A stretch of 53,441 nt of DNA from Gemmatimonadales bacterium (lineage in GTDB: Bacteria > Gemmatimonadota > Gemmatimonadetes > Gemmatimonadales > GWC2-71-9), in contig DASSUS010000093.1 in assembly GCA_035706765.1 (NCBI GenBank), positions 1 to 53,441 of the forward strand, read 5' to 3'. Within the stretch, counting starts at the first letter, position 1, and each line of letters starts with the position of its first letter. This document shows positions 1-9,370 of the stretch, in pieces. Below the pieces are notes generated by a model, which was not told the origin of the DNA, ran no database searches, and saw only the letters and a list, made by a program, of their open reading frames with translations. The position numbers and the translations under genes are program-made.

Positions 1-550
1 TCGTGCCCAGAATCGCGCCGATGTGCATGAATGCCGCTCGGCCGGAGAACAGATCGCAGGCGAGCCACGTCACGCCGGTGAGGAGCAGGAGCGACACGGC
101 TGTCGCGGCCGCGGGCCGCCGCGACAAGGCCGAGCGCCAGAGACCGTCGTAGATCGGCCAGCTGAAGATCACGAGACCGACGCCGAGCGCGATCGCGGCA
201 CCGCGGCTGATGCGCGACGCATCAGCGTCGAGCAGGTACGCGCTGCTGAGATAGAAGACCAGAACGAGCAGCGCGATCACGCTGATCCAGGTCAGCATCG
301 CTTCCCACTTGAACCAGTGGAGAACGGGCGGGATTTCCCCGGGCCCGGGCCGGCGCTTCTCGACCTGATAAAACCCGCCGCTGTGCACCATCCACAGGTC
401 ACCCTCGACCCCGGCGCGGGGCGAGGACGGTTTGGCCAGGGCCCGGTCCAACCAGATGAAATAGAAGGAGCTGCCGATCCATGCGATGCCGGCGATGAAA
501 TGCGCCCAGCGCAGCAAGAGATTCGCCCAATCGCCCAGCCAACCGGTCAT
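1..550 (-). CDS. puuD: PuuD-like (urate hydroxylase-type) integral membrane protein, N-terminal part; gene runs off the window start
   Basis: Not in the ORF track because there is no stop in the window. The reverse-strand ATG at 550-548 opens a stop-free frame to position 1: MTGWLGDWANLLLRWAHFIAGIAWIGSSFYFIWLD...GDLWMVHSGGFYQVEK...LHWFKWEAMLTW. The AGIxWIGxSFYFxWLD / HxGGFY / LHWFKWEA pattern matches my recollection of PuuD-type proteins. Several hydrophobic helices are present. Confidence 0.6.
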   Translation of the reverse strand, partial: MTGWLGDWANLLLRWAHFIAGIAWIGSSFYFIWLDRALAKPSSPRAGVEGDLWMVHSGGFYQVEKRRPGPGEIPPVLHWFKWEAMLTWISVIALLVLVFYLSSAYLLDADASRISRGAAIALGVGLVIFSWPIYDGLWRSALSRRPAAATAVSLLLLTGVTWLACDLFSGRAAFMHIGAILGT

Positions 551-657
551 GGGGGCTGTAATTTCACCGTGAAACCGGGCCCGGCCAGCCCCCGTCGGGG
601 CTAGCGGTTCGCAGGCTCGCGCCTGTGCTCGGCGACTGCCCTAACAGGGGTTCCCTC

Positions 658-1782
658 ATGAATCGTCTGCTGGTCCTCGCCGCCGTATCCTGTGTTCCGC
701 TTGCCGCCTGCAGTAAAGCCGATGCCGATGATGGCTCGAGCCGGCCGTACAAGGTCGGTGTCGTCGATCGCGGTGAAGTCCGCGTGATCGTGGAAGAAAC
801 CGGCGTCGTCGCTCCCGAGCGCAGCATCGTGGTCAAATCGCCCATTTCCGGCGTGGTGGAGCGCCTCTACGCGCGCGAGGGGGACCGCGTGGAAACAGGC
901 CAGGTGCTCGCGCGCATCAAGCCCGACATCGCGCAGGCCAACAGCCTCGCGCAGCTGCGCAGCGAGATCGCCAAGGCCCGCATCGCGCGCGACAACGCGA
1001 AGCGCGACTACGATCGCGCGCAGGCACTCTCCGGAATCGGCGGGATCACGCAGGCCGATCTCGACGCGAAGCGCGTGGCGTACGAGCAGGCCGAAAACCA
1101 GTGGCGTACCGCCGAGGATCAGCTGCAGCTCGTGCAGCGCTCGGGGGTGACGGCGGGCGATTCGACCGGCGCCACGGCGCAGTGGGCCCGCATTACGGCG
1201 CCGGCCAGCGGCGTGATCATCGGGCGGGGAGTCGAGGAGGGCGAAACGGTTGTAGGCGGCACCAGTGCGTTCGGCGGCGGCACCGAGTTGTTCACGATGG
1301 CCGATCTGTCGACGCTGCTGGTGAAGGCGGCGATCAACGAAGTCGATATCGGCAAGGTGAAGCGCGGCGACCGCGTCGCGCTCACGGTGGACGCCTTCCC
1401 GGGCGATACCGCGCAAGGCGTCGTGCGGCTCGTACCGCCGGCGGCGCGCCTGCAGGAGCGGGTGCGGGTGTTCGACGTCGAAATCGAGGTCACCGGCGGT
1501 CCGCGCGTACTTCGTCCGGGGATGACGGCAAACGTCCGCATCTCGGGTCCTGTGCGCTCCGAGACGCTCCGGGTCCCGGTGGAAGCCGTCCTCTTACAGG
1601 AAGGGAAGTCGGTCGTCTACAAACTCGGAGGCAGCGGGCCGCAGCCGGTGCCGGTCACGCTGGGATTGTCGGACCTCTACTACGTGGAAGTGCTGAGCGG
1701 GCTCGCGGCCGGTGATTCGATCGCGCTCGAGGATCCCGGCGTCGCGCTCGAGCGCGCCCGAAACCCGGCTCGCCGCCGCTGA
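658..1782 (+). CDS. efflux transporter periplasmic adaptor subunit (HlyD/MacA-type membrane fusion protein)
   Basis: ORF 625..1782. The internal ATG at 658 gives a lipoprotein-like signal, MNRLLVLAAVSCVPLAAC. The central part is coiled-coil-like (QLRSEIAKARIARDNAKRDYDRAQ...). ARITAPASGVI and GDRVALTVDAFPG are barrel-sandwich-type motifs. It is the first gene of an ABC exporter operon. Confidence 0.85.
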   Translation: MNRLLVLAAVSCVPLAACSKADADDGSSRPYKVGVVDRGEVRVIVEETGVVAPERSIVVKSPISGVVERLYAREGDRVETGQVLARIKPDIAQANSLAQLRSEIAKARIARDNAKRDYDRAQALSGIGGITQADLDAKRVAYEQAENQWRTAEDQLQLVQRSGVTAGDSTGATAQWARITAPASGVIIGRGVEEGETVVGGTSAFGGGTELFTMADLSTLLVKAAINEVDIGKVKRGDRVALTVDAFPGDTAQGVVRLVPPAARLQERVRVFDVEIEVTGGPRVLRPGMTANVRISGPVRSETLRVPVEAVLLQEGKSVVYKLGGSGPQPVPVTLGLSDLYYVEVLSGLAAGDSIALEDPGVALERARNPARRR

Positions 1783-1790
1783 CCGGGGCG

Positions 1791-2465
1791 ATGCCGATGG
1801 GACTGATTCGCGCAGAGAAGCTCGAGAAAACCTATCGTCTGGGCCAGGTGGATGTGCAGGCGTTGCGCGGCGTCGACGTGGAGATCGGCGCCGGCGAGTA
1901 CGTCGCCATCACAGGGCCGTCCGGCTCCGGCAAGAGCACGCTGATGCACATCCTCGGTTGTCTCGATTCGCCGAGTGCGGGGAGCTATCGGCTGGACGGC
2001 GAGGACGTGGCGAAGTTGTCGGGCAAGCGTCTCGCGCAGGTCCGCAATCGCAAAGTCGGGTTCGTGTTTCAGACGTTCAATCTCATGCCGCGCCTCACGG
2101 TCGAAGAGAACGTCGCGCTGCCGCTCAAGTACCGGGGTGGCGTCGCGCGAGGCGAGCGGCGCGCCCGCGCGCTGCAGCTGCTCGAGCGCCTCGGGCTGCG
2201 GCACCGGATCGGCCATCGTCCCGACGAGCTGTCGGGCGGCGAGCGCCAGCGGGTCGCGATCGCGCGCGCGCTCGTGGGCGGTCCCGCGATCCTGATGGCC
2301 GATGAGCCCACCGGCAATCTCGACTCCAAAGCGGGCAGTGAGGTCATGGCGACGTTCGCCGAGCTGCATGCCGCCGGCAACACCATCGTGCTGGTAACGC
2401 ACGACCCCGGCGTGGCGGCGCGGGCGCAGCGCGTGATTCAGATGAGCGACGGGCAGGTGGTGTGA
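1791..2465 (+). CDS. ABC transporter ATP-binding protein (MacB/LolD-type)
   Basis: Walker A GPSGSGKST, signature LSGGERQRVAIARAL, Walker B ILMADEPTGNLD and an H-loop (VTHD). Confidence 0.95.
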   Translation: MPMGLIRAEKLEKTYRLGQVDVQALRGVDVEIGAGEYVAITGPSGSGKSTLMHILGCLDSPSAGSYRLDGEDVAKLSGKRLAQVRNRKVGFVFQTFNLMPRLTVEENVALPLKYRGGVARGERRARALQLLERLGLRHRIGHRPDELSGGERQRVAIARALVGGPAILMADEPTGNLDSKAGSEVMATFAELHAAGNTIVLVTHDPGVAARAQRVIQMSDGQVV

Positions 2466-3688
2466 ACTTCGTCGAGTCGCTGCTGACCGGGCTCGACGAA
2501 GCGCGCCGCCACTGGGGACAGACGCTGCTGTCGCTGCTCGGCCTCATTCTCGGCACGGGCAGCATCGTCACGGTGCTCGCGTTGTTCGGCGGGCAAACGG
2601 CCCTCACCGAGCAATTCCTCAATGAAGTCGGCGGCCGCGGCACGATCATCGTTTCGGATCGTGAGCGCTCCGCCCATCCCGACGCGCGCGAGCTCGCCTC
2701 CAAGCGCCTCACGTTCCACGACGCGCAATACCTGCGGAATCGCGCGACGTCGCTGAGCGCCGTGAGCCCGGGCTGGGCGCGCGAGCTCGATTATCGTGCC
2801 GGCAACGTCAGCTTCACGGGCCAGGTGCTCGGCACCGTCCCGGACTACATGGTCATTAACGACATCAAGCCGCTCGCCGGGCGCTATCTGAGCGATCTCG
2901 ACGTGCAGCATCAGGCCCGGGTCGTGGTGCTGGGGTGGAAGTATGCCGATTCGTTGTTCGGCGCGGCCACGTCGGCGCTCGGCAAGGTCGTCGCCATCGG
3001 CGCCAAGAGCTATCGCGTGGTCGGCGTGATGGAGCGCGAGGAGTTCTACTTTGCCGCGTGGGAAGACAATGCGCTCGAGTACCGGAACGAGCGCGCCTAC
3101 ATCCCGATCTCGACCGCCATCTCGCAGTACAGCGCCAGCGACAATCTCGATTTCCTCACGCTCAAGGCGCGGCCCGCGGTGGGCGGCGCCGCGGCGCAGG
3201 CGCAGGTGCGCAGCCTGCTGTTCGCGCGCCACGGGGTGGAGGATTTCGACATTCGCGCGTCCGGGCAGGGGGCGGGCGGAGAATCGGGTCAGTTTCTGCT
3301 GCTGTTCAATTTCATCTTTCTGGTCGTCGGGGTCGTCTCGCTGATCACGGGCGGCATCGTGATCGCGAACATCCTGCTCGCGTCGGTCGTCGAGCGCGTG
3401 CGCGAATTCGGCACCCGCATGGCGCTCGGCGCGACGGCGGGCGGCATCTTCCTGCACGTACTCGCCGAAGTGCTCGTCGTGACGGTGATCGGCGGATTGC
3501 TCGGCCTGGGCCTGGGCACCGCGCTGACCGGCGTGGTCGCGTACTTCATGCAGATGCCGGCCGTCGTGAGTCCCTTCATCGCGACCATCGCGCTCGGCAC
3601 CGCGCTGGCCGTCGGCCTGATCGCCGGGCTGTTCCCGGCGTTGCGGGCCGCACGGCTCTCGCCCGTGGAGGCGCTGCGCTATGCGTGA
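2462..3688 (+). CDS. ABC transporter permease, FtsX/MacB-type (N-terminal TM, periplasmic domain, C-terminal FtsX 3-TM bundle)
   Basis: The GTG start at 2462 overlaps the ATPase stop (GTGA). The C-terminal part has the FtsX-like pattern ...RVREFGTRMALGATAGGIF...GLFPALRAARLSPVEALRY. Confidence 0.9.
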   Translation: MNFVESLLTGLDEARRHWGQTLLSLLGLILGTGSIVTVLALFGGQTALTEQFLNEVGGRGTIIVSDRERSAHPDARELASKRLTFHDAQYLRNRATSLSAVSPGWARELDYRAGNVSFTGQVLGTVPDYMVINDIKPLAGRYLSDLDVQHQARVVVLGWKYADSLFGAATSALGKVVAIGAKSYRVVGVMEREEFYFAAWEDNALEYRNERAYIPISTAISQYSASDNLDFLTLKARPAVGGAAAQAQVRSLLFARHGVEDFDIRASGQGAGGESGQFLLLFNFIFLVVGVVSLITGGIVIANILLASVVERVREFGTRMALGATAGGIFLHVLAEVLVVTVIGGLLGLGLGTALTGVVAYFMQMPAVVSPFIATIALGTALAVGLIAGLFPALRAARLSPVEALRYA

Positions 3689-4925
3689 GTGGGGCGAGCT
3701 GATTCTGGACGCGCTGCGCGAGATCCGCGGGCACAAGCTGCGCTCGCTGCTGACGTTGTCCGGGATCGTCTTCGGCGCCGCCTCCGTGGTCTCGATGACG
3801 TCGCTCGCGTCGGCGATGAAGACCCTCGTCTACGAGGACATGATGGCGATGGGGTTGTCGCGCAGCTATTTCCTGCGCGACGAGGGGCCCCGCTCGGACG
3901 CGAAGGGGGCGATCGCCGTCCGCCACACGGGGCTACGGCTCACCGATCTCGACGCGTTGCGCCGGCTTCCGGGTGTCGCGAGCGTGCACGGGCGGAACTG
4001 GGGGTCGCAGCAGATCGTGAACGCGCCGGCCGATCGGCGCAGCGTGCGCATCGACGGCGTCGACGCCGGCTACCTGGAGCTGCGCAACTGGCGCATTGTC
4101 GCGGGACGCAGCATTCGCCCGCTCGACATCGCAAACCGCGCTCGCGTGGCGGTCGTCGGGGAGGAAGTGAGCGCGAATCTGTTCGGCAACACGCCGCCCG
4201 TCGGGAAGACGATCACGATCGACGGCGTGCGCTTTCTGGTCATCGGCGTCGTCGCGCCGATCGAGTTCGACATCATTCCGGCCGACTTCAGCTACATCGG
4301 ACGACGCATCTATATCCCCTACTCGTTCATGACCCGCTACGCGAAGGGCGAAGGCCGTCTGGACGAGGCGCTCGTCACGGCGCGTGCCGGCGCGGAGTTC
4401 GGTGATGTGCTGCGCCGGGGGATTTCGCTCATCAAGCAGCGCCACGGCGGGACGCAGGACTTCACGATCGAGAACGAAGCCGCCGACGTGCTCTCGAATC
4501 TCGCGATGGCCGACAACATTCTGGGCGGATGGAACGCGGTGATGTTCACGATCGCCGGCGTCACGCTGGTGGTCGGCGGGATCGGCCTGTTCAGCGTGCT
4601 GCTCATCTCGGTGCGCGAGCGCGTGCACGAGATCGGCATCCGCAAGGCGCTGGGCGCCGACGACGGCGCGATCATGCGTTTATTCCTCGCCGAGTCGCTG
4701 ACGCTCGCGGCGCTCGGCGCGGTGCTCGGCATCGCCGGAGGCGCGGGGCTCACCGTCGTGACGGAGCTGATCGGCCGGCAGTTCGGCAAGCCGTTCGTGA
4801 TTCCCGTGAACGTGCCCGGCGTGGTGCTCGCGGTGCTGTTCGCGTTGCTGGTGGGGTTTCTCTTCGGCTGGTATCCCGCTCGGCGGGCGGCGCGACTCGA
4901 TCCGATCGAGGCTATTATAGGCTGA
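3681..4925 (+). CDS. ABC transporter permease, FtsX/MacB-type (second paralogue)
   Basis: It overlaps the previous permease by 8 nt. The C-terminus RERVHEIGIRKALGADDGAI...GWYPARRAARLDPIEAI is typical of the FtsX domain. Confidence 0.9.
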   Translation: MREWGELILDALREIRGHKLRSLLTLSGIVFGAASVVSMTSLASAMKTLVYEDMMAMGLSRSYFLRDEGPRSDAKGAIAVRHTGLRLTDLDALRRLPGVASVHGRNWGSQQIVNAPADRRSVRIDGVDAGYLELRNWRIVAGRSIRPLDIANRARVAVVGEEVSANLFGNTPPVGKTITIDGVRFLVIGVVAPIEFDIIPADFSYIGRRIYIPYSFMTRYAKGEGRLDEALVTARAGAEFGDVLRRGISLIKQRHGGTQDFTIENEAADVLSNLAMADNILGGWNAVMFTIAGVTLVVGGIGLFSVLLISVRERVHEIGIRKALGADDGAIMRLFLAESLTLAALGAVLGIAGGAGLTVVTELIGRQFGKPFVIPVNVPGVVLAVLFALLVGFLFGWYPARRAARLDPIEAIIG

Positions 4926-7018
4926 TGCTCCTCGCGCTGCTGCTCCTCGCTCAAACTCCCGACACCGTCGTCCTGCAACCGATCACCGTCACCGCGACAC
5001 GACAATCCTCGAGCCTGTTTGCGGTCCCGCTCGCGGTCACGCAGGTGAAGAAACAGGATCTGTTCGGGGTCAAGGGTTCCGGGCTGGATGAGGCGCTCAC
5101 GCTCGTGCCGGGCGTCGTCGCTCAGTCGCGCTACGGCAACCAGGACGTGCGGATCGCCATTCGCGGCTACGGGGCGCGCGGCGCGGGCGATCGTTCCAAC
5201 GCTGGAACCACGCGCGGGATCCGGGTCCTGCTGGACGGCTTCCCCGAGACCGAGCCCGACGGCCGGACGTCGCTGGACGGCATCGATCTCGCCGCGGCGC
5301 ACGCGATCGAGATCGTGCGCTCGAATGCGTCCGCGGTCTGGGGAAATGCGGCCGGCGGGGTCGTGTCTGTGTCGACCCTGCCGTCGGTGAGCGACCCGCG
5401 GATCTCGCTCGAGCCGATGACGGGCGCGTTCGGACTGCGGCGCTATACGGCGGCGGGAAGCGCGCTCGTCGGGTCGGGGGTTCTGGGCGCGAGCTTCGTG
5501 CGCAGCGACGCCGACGGCTGGCGCGCGCATTCGGCGAGCAGCCGATCGCTGCTCAACATCTCGATGCGGGCGCCGGTCGGCGAGCAGACGCAGCTCGGCG
5601 TGTACGCGGTGGGCTCGCATACCGTCTTCAGAATCCCGGGGCCGCTGACGGCCGCGCAGGTCGCGGCCGATTCACGCCAGGCGAATGCCACGTATCAGGC
5701 GCGAGACGAACGGCGCGACAACAAGGTCGCGCGTCTCGGGCTCACGCTCGAGCACCAGGCGAGCGACGCCGTCGCCGTGACCGCGCTGCTGTACGCGAAT
5801 CCCAAGGCGCTGCAGCGCTCCGAGCGCGGCACGTTCCGTGATTTCACCCGCTATCATGTGGGCGGCAACGGGACGGTGCGCGTCAGGACGCCGTTGGGCC
5901 GCGGGGTGCGGGGCGCCTTGCTCGTCGGGGCCGACTACGCGCTGCAGGACGGCGCGATCCTGTTCTACAATCTCTCGCCGCAGCAGACACGCGGGGATAC
6001 GCTGCGCGACAACAAGGGGGAGGGCGCGCGCAATACCGGCCTGTTCGTGACCGAGGAGCTGTCATTCGGCGCGGCGGAGCGCTGGACGGTGTCCGCGGGC
6101 GCGCGCTACGACGACATCACCTACGACTATCGCAGCCACATCGATCCGTCGCTCGACGCGCGGCGCTCGTTTACCGGGCTGACGCCCAAGGTGGGCGTGT
6201 CGTACCGCCTGACGCCGTCACACAGTGTGTACGCATCGGTGGGCGGCGGCATCGAAGCGCCCGCCGGGAACGAAACCGATCCCGCCGGCACCTTCGGGCA
6301 GGACACCGTCACGGCGATCAATCCGCTGCTCGACCCGATTCGCTCCACCACGTACGAGGTGGGCACCAAACGCCAATGGACGCTCGACGCGGGGTCGTTC
6401 CTGCGCGAGCTCGGCTACGATGTCGCGTTTTACCAGACCGCGGTCCGGAATGAGATCGTCCCCTATCGCGGCGGCCGGTTCTACTTCACCGCCGGCCGGG
6501 TGCGCCGGCGAGGCGCGGAAATCGCTCTGCGCGCCGCGACGCGCGTGGGGGTCACCGTGCAGGCGGCCCTGACCTGGAACGCGCACCGCTATACCGAGTA
6601 CACCGTCGACTCGGTGCACTACGGCGTGCCCGGAGCGAGCGCCGATTACAGCGGGAATCGGGTGGTGGGCGTCCCCGCGTTCATCGGCGCGGTCGCGCTC
6701 GATGTCGTCCCCGCCGCGCTGCGGCCGCTCCATGCGCGACTCAGCGTCGAGAGCATGGGGTCCTTCTTTGCGGACGACGCGAATCGGGTGAAGGTGCCAT
6801 CCTACCGGATCGCGAACCTGTCACTCGGAACCGAATCGGCCCTGTCGTTGGGCGGCGGGCTCGGCGTGAACGCATTCGTGACGGTGAACAACCTCTTCGA
6901 TCGGCGCTACATCGCGTCGGCGTTCCTGAATCCCGACGTCGTCGGCGGCGAACCGGTGGCGTTCGAGCCGGGGTTTCCGCGACATGTGGTGGTGGGAGTG
7001 CAGCTCGTCGCGCACTAG
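4925..7018 (+). CDS. TonB-dependent receptor (697 aa)
   Basis: The ATG at 4925 shares its A with the permease stop (TGATG at 4923-4927). The ORF-track entry 4529..7018 is an upstream extension in the same frame. A signal (MLLALLLLAQ) is followed by the plug-type start DTVVLQPITVTATRQ...GLDEALTLVPGV...VRIAIRGYG, then a long beta-barrel-like region rich in alternating Y/R/G/D. Confidence 0.85.
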   Translation: MLLALLLLAQTPDTVVLQPITVTATRQSSSLFAVPLAVTQVKKQDLFGVKGSGLDEALTLVPGVVAQSRYGNQDVRIAIRGYGARGAGDRSNAGTTRGIRVLLDGFPETEPDGRTSLDGIDLAAAHAIEIVRSNASAVWGNAAGGVVSVSTLPSVSDPRISLEPMTGAFGLRRYTAAGSALVGSGVLGASFVRSDADGWRAHSASSRSLLNISMRAPVGEQTQLGVYAVGSHTVFRIPGPLTAAQVAADSRQANATYQARDERRDNKVARLGLTLEHQASDAVAVTALLYANPKALQRSERGTFRDFTRYHVGGNGTVRVRTPLGRGVRGALLVGADYALQDGAILFYNLSPQQTRGDTLRDNKGEGARNTGLFVTEELSFGAAERWTVSAGARYDDITYDYRSHIDPSLDARRSFTGLTPKVGVSYRLTPSHSVYASVGGGIEAPAGNETDPAGTFGQDTVTAINPLLDPIRSTTYEVGTKRQWTLDAGSFLRELGYDVAFYQTAVRNEIVPYRGGRFYFTAGRVRRRGAEIALRAATRVGVTVQAALTWNAHRYTEYTVDSVHYGVPGASADYSGNRVVGVPAFIGAVALDVVPAALRPLHARLSVESMGSFFADDANRVKVPSYRIANLSLGTESALSLGGGLGVNAFVTVNNLFDRRYIASAFLNPDVVGGEPVAFEPGFPRHVVVGVQLVAH

Positions 7019-8268
7019 CGCTTGACGCCGGCAGCCTCCGTAGCCTGGTCCAAAATCCGCCAGATCCGGTCCGTCCATTCGCGGTGCTCCGGCTTCATCA
7101 GGACCGAGCGCAGGCAGATGATGGTGTCGCGGTCGCGCTGCATCGGTCCAAGGTCGAGCAGGTGGAGCGGCAGCGACACGAGCGCGAGATGGAGCTGGCG
7201 GCTCGCCGCTTCGGCGAAGATCCGTTGCGACAGCGTCGAGGCCTCCGTCACGCTCGACGCGCGGGGCGCCCAGACAAGCATGTCGAGCTCGGGCGGACTT
7301 CCGGTACGGAATCGATCCTCCTGCCGGAGGCGCTGGTACAGATCGAGTGCGGCGGCGCGCCCGGACTCCAGCCCTTTGGCGAATGCGCCGCCCCGCACGA
7401 GCGGGAACAGGCGCTGCGTCGCCCACAGCGCGACGGCGGCGGCCCCCGGACGCGAGCACTCGAGCGCGATCTCACCGAGGTGCATGTCGGTCGAGGTGTA
7501 GTAGGTGTACGGGGAATCGTGGCGGTAGAGCCGGCCGACCGCGGGATCGCGGAACAGCACGCAACCGCATCCATACGGCTGCAAGCCGTGCTTGTGCGGA
7601 TCGATCACCACGGACGCCGTTTCGCGAACCGACTCGAGCGCCCGCTTCGTCTCGTCCTCGAGATTGTCCGCGAGGAGGAAATACCCGCCGTAGGCCGCGT
7701 CGGCGTGAATGCGAAAGTCGAACCGGCGCCGCAGCTCGACGATCGCGGCGAGTGGATCGACCGCCCCGGTCGCGGTCGTGCCCATCGTCGCGACGACCGT
7801 GCCGACGCCGCCCGCCGACAGCCGGCGTTCCAGGGCGGGGATGTCCATGCGGCCGCGCTTATCGCACGGGATCGACTCGAACGGAATGCGCAGCACGCCG
7901 GCGATCCGCTGGTGCGTGTAGTGCGCCTGCGACGAGGCGACGATCGTCTTGTCCGGATGGAGCTGGCTCGCGATCCACAACGCCTCGAGGTTCGCCATCG
8001 TGCCGCCGCCGCACAGATGGCCGAGGTGCGTATCCCACCCGATCATCTGCGCGAGCTCGGCGACCGCTTCCTTCTCCATGGCGGAGCTGGCGCGGCCGCC
8101 GTCGAGCGCGTGGTTATTGGGATTGATCCTGAGCGCCATCTCGTAGGCGCGCCGCGCGACGTCGTGCGGCGGCTTCAGCATCTGGCCGGCGTACAGCGGA
8201 TCGCCGTACGGATAATTGTCCTTGAGGCGCTCCGCGACTTCCTTCAGGACCGCGCTAAGACCCTTCAA
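7015..8268 (-). CDS. pyridoxal-phosphate-dependent decarboxylase (group II, MfnA/GAD-like)
   Basis: Contains GGTMANLEAL, HADAAYGG and DPHKHGLQPYGCG (PLP-lysine HK motif). It is the last gene of the minus-strand operon. Confidence 0.8.
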   Translation of the reverse strand: MKGLSAVLKEVAERLKDNYPYGDPLYAGQMLKPPHDVARRAYEMALRINPNNHALDGGRASSAMEKEAVAELAQMIGWDTHLGHLCGGGTMANLEALWIASQLHPDKTIVASSQAHYTHQRIAGVLRIPFESIPCDKRGRMDIPALERRLSAGGVGTVVATMGTTATGAVDPLAAIVELRRRFDFRIHADAAYGGYFLLADNLEDETKRALESVRETASVVIDPHKHGLQPYGCGCVLFRDPAVGRLYRHDSPYTYYTSTDMHLGEIALECSRPGAAAVALWATQRLFPLVRGGAFAKGLESGRAAALDLYQRLRQEDRFRTGSPPELDMLVWAPRASSVTEASTLSQRIFAEAASRQLHLALVSLPLHLLDLGPMQRDRDTIICLRSVLMKPEHREWTDRIWRILDQATEAAGVKR

Positions 8269-9370
8269 ATGCCCTCAGGTAGGTGCGATCCCAGGCGGCG
8301 GGAATACTCTCGCGCGGCGAGTAGGGGCCGGGCGCGTACACGCGCGAGCCGACGCCGAGCTGGCTCTGCTCGCAGATGTGCCAGTCCTGCCGGTTGGTCC
8401 GGTCCCAGAATTCTTCCGCATCCTCGATGTTGTAGCCGGCGGCGCGCGGCGCGTCGGGGTGCACCATCCATTCGCAGATCACGCGCGAGTGCGCGGGGCC
8501 GAGCGGCCAGACCGTGTAGAACACCGCGTAGTCGGGATGCAGGCTCAGCATCATCGACGGGAACAGCGCGTAGTAGAACGCGCGACGCCGATCGTCGGCC
8601 GAGAACTCCCCGAGCGGCAGCGCGCAGGCGCGGCCCGTCATCGTCGCGCTTTCGTTCGGCGCCTTGATTTCCATGTAACCGCCGAGGAACGGCCCCTCGA
8701 TCAGATCGTTGGCGCCGCTCGTGTACGGCAGCTTGGTCGAGAGCTCGGGGTGAATCGTGGGGCAGTGCAGGCATTCGTTGTAATTCTGGAGAATCAGCTT
8801 CCAGTTGGCCTTCACGTCGTACTCGATGTGCCGCACCGCCCGCAGCTTCGGCAGATTGTAGCGCGCGAACCGGCCTTCGAGCGGCGCGAACCACTCTGCC
8901 GCATTGGCCTCTGCCCCGAGATTCACGAACAGGAATCCCTCCCACTCGGCGAGCGCCACCCGATGCAGCGGGTATTGCTTCTTGTCGAACCCCTCTACCT
9001 CGTTCATGTGGGGCGCGCCGATCAAGCGACCATCGAGCGCGTACGTCCATGCGTGATAGGGGCACTGAAGCGTTTCGGAGAGCTTGCCGCTCGCCGCTTC
9101 GCACAGCCGCGTGCCGCGGTGGCGGCACACGTTGTAATAGGCGCGCCGTGTGCCTGACTGATCGCGCAGCACGATGACCGACTCGCCCGCGAACTCGACC
9201 ACGAAGTAATCGCCCGGCGCGGCAAGAGAGGCGTCGCGTCCCACGCAGATCCAGTGGCGCGCGAAGATCCGCTCCTGCTCCTCGACGAACACGTCGGGGC
9301 TCGTGTAGTAGCGGCCCGGCAGCGTCCGCGCACCCTGGCGATAGCTCTCGATGGTTTTGACGAAGGTCAT
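8255..9370 (-). CDS. Rieske [2Fe-2S] non-haem-iron oxygenase alpha subunit (GbcA/choline-monooxygenase-like subgroup)
   Basis: Rieske motif CRHRG-x17-CPYHAW. Iron-site region NYNECLHCPTIHP. I chose the start at MTFVKT (ATG 9370) because it overlaps the upstream stop by 4 nt (ATGA). The ORF track extends to 9481. Confidence 0.85.
   Translation of the reverse strand: MTFVKTIESYRQGARTLPGRYYTSPDVFVEEQERIFARHWICVGRDASLAAPGDYFVVEFAGESVIVLRDQSGTRRAYYNVCRHRGTRLCEAASGKLSETLQCPYHAWTYALDGRLIGAPHMNEVEGFDKKQYPLHRVALAEWEGFLFVNLGAEANAAEWFAPLEGRFARYNLPKLRAVRHIEYDVKANWKLILQNYNECLHCPTIHPELSTKLPYTSGANDLIEGPFLGGYMEIKAPNESATMTGRACALPLGEFSADDRRRAFYYALFPSMMLSLHPDYAVFYTVWPLGPAHSRVICEWMVHPDAPRAAGYNIEDAEEFWDRTNRQDWHICEQSQLGVGSRVYAPGPYSPRESIPAAWDRTYLRAFEGS

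Noticed and set aside
23-604. 193-aa plus-strand ORF at the window start
   Set aside because: The composition is Arg/Ala/Gly/Pro-rich and typical of an off-frame read in high-GC DNA, with no recognisable motif. The opposite strand encodes a stop-free membrane protein with strong PuuD-like motifs.
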